In this document: piece by piece, positions 25,107-32,000 of the stretch
How positions within the stretch are numbered: the stretch's first letter is position 1
How the letters are laid out: every line of letters begins with the position of its first letter
From: an uncultured Erysipelotrichaceae bacterium
GTDB taxonomy: Bacteria; Bacillota_I; Bacilli_A; Erysipelotrichales; Erysipelotrichaceae
Length of the DNA: 32,000 nt
Direction: 5' to 3'
NCBI GenBank assembly: GCA_942492995.1
Contig: OW818653.1
Span: forward strand, 600,001-632,000
Position numbers and translations under genes: made by a program
The notes under the pieces: model-generated
Seen by the model: only the letters and a program-made list of their open reading frames with translations
Told to the model about the DNA's origin: nothing
The model's database searches: none

Positions 25107-27151
25107 TAGTTTTTATTTGAATCAAAATAGTATGCATAAATTTCGTTACTAATCTTTAAACAAAGATTCGATTGCGTGGTTGAATTCCATGCATGAGGGA
25201 TTGCACAAGCAATAGAAATCTCAGGATTGTCATAAGGTGCATAAGATACTAGCATTGAATTTGGTGAATCAAAATAATTACCTTCTTCATCCGTCATAAA
25301 GGATTCTGCTGTACCAGTTTTAGCCGCAACTTCTACTGGCAAACTGTTTAATGATGAACAATATCCATCGGTAACACATAATCTAAATCCTTGTTGAACA
25401 CGTTCTATGGCTGGTATATCATCTAGTACAGATAATACAGATACAGGATTTTGATAGGTTGTAATTTCGGAATCAGTTTGGATTGCTTCTAATAATAATC
25501 TAGGTTTAACTCTTACCCCATCATTTGCGATTGTATTAATGTATTGAGATAACTGCATTGTTGTATAGGTGTCAAATTGACCAATTACAAAGTCCAACAG
25601 ATGTCCACCTAATGTTGATGTCCCAATGTATCCCAATGTTTCATTTGGAACATCTATTCCAGTTAAAGTTCCAAGTCCAAATTGACTAAACGTATTACGA
25701 ATCTTATCAAATGCTGAAACATTAATATTTAAAGGACCATTGTACACATAATTAGCTCCGCCTAATCTCATCGCAATATGGAACATATATACATTACTTG
25801 ATTTAGCTAAAGCCATTAAATCATTAACTCTACCTAAATTATTCAAACTCTTTTTTATTGGTGTATCTGCTATTTTAATCGGTTCATCCACGATAACTTC
25901 ATTAAATTTAACAAGACCTTCACTTAGACCTAAATACATTGTTGCGCCTTTTATTGATGATCCAGCCGCTAATGATTCAGTATAGGTTGCGACAGGATTA
26001 TTATAGATAAGTTCTTCATCCTTTTTCATCCCTGCCATACTCAAGATATCACCTGTACTCGGATCACTCACAACTACATATATCGTATCCATATATTTTC
26101 GGTTAACATTGTTCGCTTCATTTACAAATACATTCGTTATGATTGATTCAACTTGTCTTTGTAAAGAAGAATCAATTGATAGTTTTAAATTCTGCCCTTT
26201 TTGTCCAACAATCGCTTCTTCAAATAAAGCGAGTCCTTCACTGTTATACGCTACTTCATATGCAGTATCTTGACCTTTTAATAATGCTTCATATTGTAGC
26301 TCAATTCCACTTCTTCCCATAGAGCTGTTTCTTGAATATCCTAGGGCCAAATAATAATTGAGTCTTTCTGATAACAAACCTTGTTTTGAGCTCGTAACGG
26401 TCCCTAAAAGGCCTTTTAACAGCGAATCATAAGGATATGACCGATCAAAATATACAAATACGTCAAAACCCTTATAAGATTTAGTATTTGCGATTAAATA
26501 TGCCACTTCATCAACCGTCGCATTATCTTTAATAATCTTTTGACTAAACCGTGGTGTTTGATTCATTGCTTGTTTAATTTGATAAGCTTTAATTTGAATC
26601 TCAGTCAATTTTGAAGTATCACTAGTGGTAATACGTTGTATTTTTAATTGATAAATTCCATCATCCGTAATCTTATCATCATAATAATCATCCCATTCAC
26701 TATCCGTAATAAGTGCTTTAACCTCATCAGGATAATTAATCATATAGACATCTTTTAAATCACGTTGATTTAAAGTGCTTATATCAACTTCAAAATCATT
26801 AGCGAATTGATAAGCTAAATTCCATTCTTCAGATGAAGTAATATTTAAAGGCGGATAATAAATAATCGCTAAACGTTCTTGATTCGATACGAGTATTTCA
26901 CCATTTCGATCCATTATTTCACCACGTGGTGATGCAATATATTGATAGGTCTTCGTGAAATTTATAAGTTTTGTGGAATATTCATTATTTCTAATAATCT
27001 GAATCGAAAATAGATTTAACCAAACGATTACAAATAGAAAAAGGATTATTGCGATAAACACATTTAATCTTGGTTTAAATTGTTTTATATAATCATCCGA
27101 CTTTTGTTGGATTCTAAATTTTTGTGCTTGAGTACTCTTTTTCATAACCAT
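25106..27151 (-). CDS. pbpA: Class B penicillin-binding protein (PBP2/PbpA-type transpeptidase)
   Basis: 681 aa. N-terminal TM anchor. Dimerisation domain (PRGEIMDRNG). Transpeptidase motifs SSIK (SxxK), SSN (SxN), KTGTA (KTG). Start ATG 27151 or 27145. No SD. Confidence 0.9.
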   Translation of the reverse strand: MVMKKSTQAQKFRIQQKSDDYIKQFKPRLNVFIAIILFLFVIVWLNLFSIQIIRNNEYSTKLINFTKTYQYIASPRGEIMDRNGEILVSNQERLAIIYYPPLNITSSEEWNLAYQFANDFEVDISTLNQRDLKDVYMINYPDEVKALITDSEWDDYYDDKITDDGIYQLKIQRITTSDTSKLTEIQIKAYQIKQAMNQTPRFSQKIIKDNATVDEVAYLIANTKSYKGFDVFVYFDRSYPYDSLLKGLLGTVTSSKQGLLSERLNYYLALGYSRNSSMGRSGIELQYEALLKGQDTAYEVAYNSEGLALFEEAIVGQKGQNLKLSIDSSLQRQVESIITNVFVNEANNVNRKYMDTIYVVVSDPSTGDILSMAGMKKDEELIYNNPVATYTESLAAGSSIKGATMYLGLSEGLVKFNEVIVDEPIKIADTPIKKSLNNLGRVNDLMALAKSSNVYMFHIAMRLGGANYVYNGPLNINVSAFDKIRNTFSQFGLGTLTGIDVPNETLGYIGTSTLGGHLLDFVIGQFDTYTTMQLSQYINTIANDGVRVKPRLLLEAIQTDSEITTYQNPVSVLSVLDDIPAIERVQQGFRLCVTDGYCSSLNSLPVEVAAKTGTAESFMTDEEGNYFDSPNSMLVSYAPYDNPEISIACAIPHAWNSTTQSNLCLKISNEIYAYYFDSNKN

Positions 27152-27209
27152 TTGTATTATAATGCATTTAAGTATAAATTAACATAGATTATACTTGGTA
27201 AAGGAGCAT

Positions 27210-28277
27210 ATGAAAAGATTAAATACTCGTCCAGTTATGGTAAAGGATGTTCAAATTGGTGGTCAGAATAGAATCATTATTCAATCCATGACGAATACAA
27301 AAACAAAAGATGTAGAAGCTACTGTAATGCAAATTAAAACATTAGCTGGGAATGGTTGTGAAATTGTACGTGTTGCGGTTCTTGATGAAGAAGACGCAAT
27401 GGCAATCAAAGAAATAGTTCAACAAGTAAATATACCTGTTGTAGCAGATATACATTTCAATTATAAATTAGCTCTAATCGCGATTGAAAATGGAATTCAT
27501 AAGATACGATTAAATCCAGGAAACATTAAAAATCCGGATCATATAAAACAGGTTGTTGAAGCGTGTAAATTAAAAAAAATACCAATTCGAATCGGTATTA
27601 ACTCAGGTTCAATTGAAAAAGATATTCTATCTAAATACGGAAAACCTTGTGTTGAAGCGATGATTGAAAGTGCAACATATCATGTAAATTTGTTAAAAGA
27701 AAACGGATTTGAGGATATTGTATTATCATTTAAATCTTCAGAAGTTCCATTAACAATTGCTGTTTATCAAAAAGCTTCTGAAGTATTTCCATATCCTCTG
27801 CATTTAGGTGTAACCGAGGCGGGTGCTTTATTATCAGCTGCGATTAAATCATCCGCTGCTCTTGGGACATTAATTCATTTAGGTATTGGAGATACAATGC
27901 GTATTTCTGTGAGTGATGATCCTAGTGAAGAATTGAAAGTAGCGAAACAATTACTAAAGAATTTTGATTTATACGATAAAGTAGCTAATTTAATTGCTTG
28001 TCCAACATGTGGTAGAATTCAATATGATATGTTACCGATCGTAAAAGAAATGGAAACATACCTTGATCAACTAAATGAAGATATAACTGTTGCGATTATG
28101 GGATGTGCCGTTAATGGTCCACAAGAAGCATCACGTGCTGATATTGGAGTTGCAGGTGGTCATAAAGAAGCGTTATTGTTTAAGAAAGGTGTTTATATTC
28201 GTTCTGTCCCACAAGAAAAAATAGTAGAAGAATTAAAAGCTGAAATTCAAATGATGATAAAAAACAAGGGTAATTAA
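27210..28277 (+). CDS. ispG: 4-hydroxy-3-methylbut-2-en-1-yl diphosphate synthase (flavodoxin)
   Basis: The real start is ATG 27210 (MKRLNTRPVMV...), after AAGGAG. The track start at 27195 is a TTG. 355 aa. IQSMTNT, RVAV, RLNPGN and the C-terminal [4Fe-4S] motif CPTCGR...GCAVNGPQEA. Confidence 0.95.
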   Translation: MKRLNTRPVMVKDVQIGGQNRIIIQSMTNTKTKDVEATVMQIKTLAGNGCEIVRVAVLDEEDAMAIKEIVQQVNIPVVADIHFNYKLALIAIENGIHKIRLNPGNIKNPDHIKQVVEACKLKKIPIRIGINSGSIEKDILSKYGKPCVEAMIESATYHVNLLKENGFEDIVLSFKSSEVPLTIAVYQKASEVFPYPLHLGVTEAGALLSAAIKSSAALGTLIHLGIGDTMRISVSDDPSEELKVAKQLLKNFDLYDKVANLIACPTCGRIQYDMLPIVKEMETYLDQLNEDITVAIMGCAVNGPQEASRADIGVAGGHKEALLFKKGVYIRSVPQEKIVEELKAEIQMMIKNKGN

Positions 28278-29624
28278 TTACTCTTGTTTTCCTTTTTCGA
28301 TTTGTTTCATTTTAGACTTAAATTTTTGTTGCTCTTTGATACTGTTTTGAATCATTTGACGTTTCTTTTTACGTTTCAATTGTTCAATTTCAATTGTAAT
28401 TTTTTTCTTATAACCTGGTTTAACTTTTTTAGGTCTGTTCTTCACAATTGTCGCAATTTCGATGTCTAATGGACTTGCTTTATGTTGATGCTTATAATCG
28501 ATTGGTTTAAGTTCTCTTAACCCTGTTTTGTTTAATGCCTTATGGTTAAATTTAATTCCATTCTTAATTAATTGAAGTACTTTATTTACATCTTTATCAA
28601 AATAGAACGCAAAAGCTCTACCTGATTTCCCTGCACGACCTGTACGTCCAGCACGATGTGTATAGAAGCTTAAATCATTTGGAATACCCAATGATATTAC
28701 ATCAGTTACTTGTTCCAAATCCAACCCACGCGCAGCGACATCTGTTGAAATAATATAGGTATATTGTCCTTCTTGGATTTGACGTAATACTTGATTTCTT
28801 TCACGAGCACTCATCTTACCGTGAATAACTAAATGACGAATACCCTCTTCATCAAATTTAGCACTTAATGACTCAATTTGACTCTGATGATTTACGAATA
28901 TTAAACATAGAGCAGGATTAATATGCGGTAATAATTGTAATACTTTTAAATGATCATCGCTCTTAAATGGGATTAAAATATGTTCAATATTTGGATCAAA
29001 TTTTAAATCTTCATCAATTTTTATTAATTTAGGTTGGTGCATATACGAGCGCATAAATGCATTCATATTATCTGGAATCGTTGCACTAAAGACTAACATT
29101 TGTAAATGTTTATCCATCTTACCAGCTAATGCATCAATTTCTTCTAAGTTACGTGGATCAAGCATCATATCAGCTTCATCTATTACAAGAATATTGGCTA
29201 AATCAAGCCTTAAAGTAGACTCATCTACAAATAATGAACTTAATTTCCCAACAGTTCCGATAATAATATGGGGTTGATTGTTATCTGCCTTTTCAAACTT
29301 TTTACGATCTTCCCCTTTTGTAACTCGCATAATACGAATTTCAGGAAAGTAAGCTTGTAGTTCTTTCGCAACAGTAAAGATTTGTTGGCTTAATTCTTGT
29401 GTAGGAGAAAGTATCAAAGCTTGAATTCTACCTTCTTCAGGTTGTATACGTTTAAATAAAGGCATTAAATACGCTAATGTCTTTCCAGTTCCTGTTTTTG
29501 AAATCGCAATTACATCTTTGCCCTTTACTATACTAGAGAAAGCTTGTTTTTGAATTTCTGTTTCATCCTTAAAATGCTTATCATTTAAGAATTGTTCTAA
29601 TCGTTTATCTTGTCTTATCGTCAT
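28278..29624 (-). CDS. cshB: DEAD-box ATP-dependent RNA helicase with Lys-rich C-terminal tail (CshB-like)
   Basis: 448 aa. Q-motif, motif I SKTGTGKT, PTQEL, DEAD, SAT, HRAGRTGRAG. Position between ispG and ispH mirrors B. subtilis yqfR. The symbol is given by synteny only. Confidence 0.85.
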   Translation of the reverse strand: MTIRQDKRLEQFLNDKHFKDETEIQKQAFSSIVKGKDVIAISKTGTGKTLAYLMPLFKRIQPEEGRIQALILSPTQELSQQIFTVAKELQAYFPEIRIMRVTKGEDRKKFEKADNNQPHIIIGTVGKLSSLFVDESTLRLDLANILVIDEADMMLDPRNLEEIDALAGKMDKHLQMLVFSATIPDNMNAFMRSYMHQPKLIKIDEDLKFDPNIEHILIPFKSDDHLKVLQLLPHINPALCLIFVNHQSQIESLSAKFDEEGIRHLVIHGKMSARERNQVLRQIQEGQYTYIISTDVAARGLDLEQVTDVISLGIPNDLSFYTHRAGRTGRAGKSGRAFAFYFDKDVNKVLQLIKNGIKFNHKALNKTGLRELKPIDYKHQHKASPLDIEIATIVKNRPKKVKPGYKKKITIEIEQLKRKKKRQMIQNSIKEQQKFKSKMKQIEKGKQE

Positions 29625-29699
29625 AGAGATACCTCGTACACATTATAGTGTTTTCAATCAAAATATAAAAGTATGCTATCATATTAAAAGAGGTGAAAA

Positions 29700-30614
29700 A
29701 TGGAAATTATAACAGTAAACCCTCGTGGTTTTTGTAAAGGTGTTGTTAAAGCAATCATGATTGCTAAAGAAACTGCTAAACAATATCCAGATAAGAAGAT
29801 AACAATTCTAGGTGAATTGGTACATAACCGTTATGTTGTAGATGCATTGAAGGACTTTAGAATTCAAACCGTTGAATCAAAAGGTAATACTAGGTTTGAT
29901 TTATTAGACCAAGTTGATGAAGGTGTTGTAATCTTTTCTGCTCATGGAATTAGTGCTAATGTTATTGAAAAAGCTAAACAAAAGGGCTTAATTACAGTTG
30001 ATGCTAGTTGTGAAGATGTAATTTCTACACAAAATTTGATACAAACTTACCTTGACCAAGCATATACTATACTCTATATTGGCCAAGAAAACCATCCTGA
30101 AGCTGAAGCAATTTGTGATATTGATCGAAATAACATACATTTTATCAAAGATTTAAGCTCTATTAATGAATTATCCTTTAATTCCGACAAGATATTTGTG
30201 ACAAATCAAACTACGATGAGTATTCTTGAAATCAAAGAATTACTTGATTTTATAAAAGAAAAGTATCCTCAAGCAATCATTAGTGATGAGATTTGTAATG
30301 CAACTCGTACACGTCAAGAAGCAATACTTAAATTAGAAAATATCGATTGTTTAATTGTGATTGGTGATCCTAAATCTAATAATACACGTATGTTAGCACG
30401 CATTGGTACAAATAAAGGTATTAAAAATGTTTATCAAGTTGAGACTGTCATCGCATTGTTTGAAAAAGATTTAAAACAATTTAATCGTATCGCAATTACA
30501 GCAGGTGCATCTACCCCTTCATATCTTGTTAATCAAGTAATCGCATACTGTAACGCATTACGTGATAATCAAAATCCTATAGAAGCGATTAATGCGATAA
30601 AAGTATTTATTTAG
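29700..30614 (+). CDS. ispH: 4-hydroxy-3-methylbut-2-enyl diphosphate reductase
   Basis: 304 aa. PRGFCKGVVKAI (Cys1), SAHG, NQTT, ICNATRTRQ (Cys3), GASTP. SD AGAGGTG. Confidence 0.95.
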   Translation: MEIITVNPRGFCKGVVKAIMIAKETAKQYPDKKITILGELVHNRYVVDALKDFRIQTVESKGNTRFDLLDQVDEGVVIFSAHGISANVIEKAKQKGLITVDASCEDVISTQNLIQTYLDQAYTILYIGQENHPEAEAICDIDRNNIHFIKDLSSINELSFNSDKIFVTNQTTMSILEIKELLDFIKEKYPQAIISDEICNATRTRQEAILKLENIDCLIVIGDPKSNNTRMLARIGTNKGIKNVYQVETVIALFEKDLKQFNRIAITAGASTPSYLVNQVIAYCNALRDNQNPIEAINAIKVFI

Positions 30615-31257
30615 AGTTTAATAAAGAATTAATTAATTGAATCCTTTCTGAGGATTCTTTTTTTTGTGCGATTCGAATTTTATCTTCAACAGTTTTTTTA
30701 AATAATAAATAGTTAATAAATACATCGCTATTCTTCTTAATTAAGATTGGTCCAAACAATATTTCTTTTTCATCTAATTTTTGATGAATTAAATCATATT
30801 TAACTTTAACTATTGGATAATAATATTTTCTATCTTTGATTATAGATTCATCAGTTATTCTAAAATTATTATCATTGAGATATTTTCTTAACTCTTCAAT
30901 TTTTGTATTTGATTGAATAATAATCTGTGAAAATTCTTTAAAACGATCTTTATCTTGTTCGATTATTGATTGAATTGTTTCAAAACCCATTCCTGCAATA
31001 ACAACACAGTCTATCGGTTCAACATACCCGTTTATACCATCTGATTGAACAAATGTTGCGTTTAAGGATTCATAATTTATAAAATTCTTCTTAGCTTGAT
31101 CAAGTGGTCCAATATTAAGATCTCCAATAATCGCATGTTTAACTATTCTGTTTTGTAATAAATACATAGGTAAAAAGCCATGATCACTTCCTACATCCAT
31201 TAGGACATCACATGGCTCAATTAATTCTGAAACTGCTTGTAATCGTTTATTAAGCAT
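30607..31257 (-). CDS. trmK: tRNA (adenine(22)-N(1))-methyltransferase TrmK
   Basis: 216 aa. RLQAVSELIEPCDVLMDVGSDHGFLPMYLL and IAGMG motifs, as in B. subtilis YqfN. Lies directly after sigA (TAATG overlap). Confidence 0.88.
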   Translation of the reverse strand: MLNKRLQAVSELIEPCDVLMDVGSDHGFLPMYLLQNRIVKHAIIGDLNIGPLDQAKKNFINYESLNATFVQSDGINGYVEPIDCVVIAGMGFETIQSIIEQDKDRFKEFSQIIIQSNTKIEELRKYLNDNNFRITDESIIKDRKYYYPIVKVKYDLIHQKLDEKEILFGPILIKKNSDVFINYLLFKKTVEDKIRIAQKKESSERIQLINSLLNSK

Positions 31258-32000
31258 TATAATTTATCGTTAAAATCTTTTAAACGTTTTGAACGAGTTG
31301 GGTGTTTTAATTTACGTAGAGCTTTTGCTTCTATTTGACGAATACGTTCACGAGTAACATCAAATTCTTTACCAACTTCTTCAAGTGTACGTGTACGTCC
31401 ATCATATAGTCCAAAACGTAATCGAAGTACTTTTTCTTCTCGTTCAGTTAAACCTTGAAGAATATTGTTAATCTCATCTTTTAATAATTGGTTGTTTGCA
31501 TATTCATCAGGTGACATTGCGTCTTTATCTTCAATAAAATCACCAAGATGTGAATCATCTTCTTCACCAATTGGTGTTTCAAGTGATACAGGTTCTAATG
31601 CGATTTTTTGAATTTCTCTAACTTTATCTGGAGTTATATTTTCCATCTTAGCCGCAATTTCTTCAGCACTTGGATCACGACCTAAATCTTGAACAAGTTG
31701 TCTTTGAATTCGAGTTAGTTTATTAATTGTTTCAACCATATGAACAGGAATACGAATTGTACGTGCTTGATCCGCAATTGCACGCGTAATTGCTTGTCTA
31801 ATCCACCAAGTCGCATAAGTTGAAAATTTAAATCCTTTAGTATGATCAAATTTTTCTACAGCTTTGACTAACCCCATGTTACCTTCTTGAATTAAATCTA
31901 AGAATAACATTCCTCTACCAACATATTTTTTAGCGATTGAAACCACTAAACGTAAGTTCGCAGAGATAAGTTCTTGTTTAGCGAAATCACCTGTATCAAT
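31257..32000 (-). CDS. sigA: RNA polymerase sigma factor SigA/RpoD, C-terminal part (5' end outside the window)
   Basis: The frame stays open to the window edge (..[26 protein letters not shown]..). Regions 2-4 are present: [71 protein letters not shown]. Confidence 0.96.
   Translation of the reverse strand: MDTGDFAKQELISANLRLVVSIAKKYVGRGMLFLDLIQEGNMGLVKAVEKFDHTKGFKFSTYATWWIRQAITRAIADQARTIRIPVHMVETINKLTRIQRQLVQDLGRDPSAEEIAAKMENITPDKVREIQKIALEPVSLETPIGEEDDSHLGDFIEDKDAMSPDEYANNQLLKDEINNILQGLTEREEKVLRLRFGLYDGRTRTLEEVGKEFDVTRERIRQIEAKALRKLKHPTRSKRLKDFNDKL

Noticed and set aside
15628-28469. Short plus-strand ORFs opposite minus-strand genes (15628-15903, 19951-20187, 20156-20356, 23725-23937, 28284-28469)
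   Set aside because: They are antisense to hup/gpsA, ribU, the FMN riboswitch, comGA and the helicase tail. There are no independent coding signals.
1-32000. Possibility of Mollicutes genetic code 4 (TGA = Trp), given the AT-richness and Mollicutes-like EF-P
   Set aside because: All conserved genes are full length under code 11. TGA clearly terminates cmk, comGB and the 119-aa ORF at the expected positions.

Overview
This is an AT-rich (roughly 30% GC by eye), very gene-dense chromosomal segment from a low-GC Gram-positive bacterium. It uses standard code 11, since TGA acts as a stop (cmk, comGB, the 119-aa ORF). A class B PBP indicates a walled organism, and the EF-P sequence and compact gene style suggest an Erysipelotrichia- or Mollicutes-related Firmicute. 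Almost everything is housekeeping and colinear with the Bacillus subtilis yqh/yqi, ypf/yph and yqg/yqf regions. The plus-strand block is truB-ribF, a T-box-controlled polar amino-acid ABC transporter, then asp23-nusB-xseA-xseB-ispA-dxs-recN-xerD-deoB. The minus-strand genes are sigA-trmK, a cshB-like helicase, pbpA, rpmG (missed by the ORF track), an MBL hydrolase, a complete comGA-GG pseudopilus operon, efp, FMN riboswitch-ribU, hypothetical-cmk-der-gpsA and hup-yugP. ispG and ispH lie on the plus strand. Compared with B. subtilis, folD (between nusB and xseA), yqxC/argR (between dxs and recN) and rpsA (between cmk and der) are absent from these positions. I found no CRISPR array, tRNA/rRNA gene, transposase or phage gene, and no recognisable defence, toxin or secondary-metabolite system. 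The only clearly non-core DNA is a terminator-bracketed two-gene cassette at 12985-14810. It encodes a small C-terminally anchored protein translationally coupled to a secreted 489-aa protein with two Ig-like repeats. Other points worth a second look: a ComGF-like pilin gene whose only plausible start is ATA inside an ATAA stop/start overlap; an EF-P lacking the conserved KPGKG tip loop; a T-box leader whose specifier reads as Arg (CGU); several operon-leading genes with no Shine-Dalgarno and a -10 box 4-5 nt from the ATG; a perfect 16-bp palindrome over the rpmG promoter; and convergent genes that abut or overlap. All calls come from reading the sequence and recalling family motifs. No searches were run.
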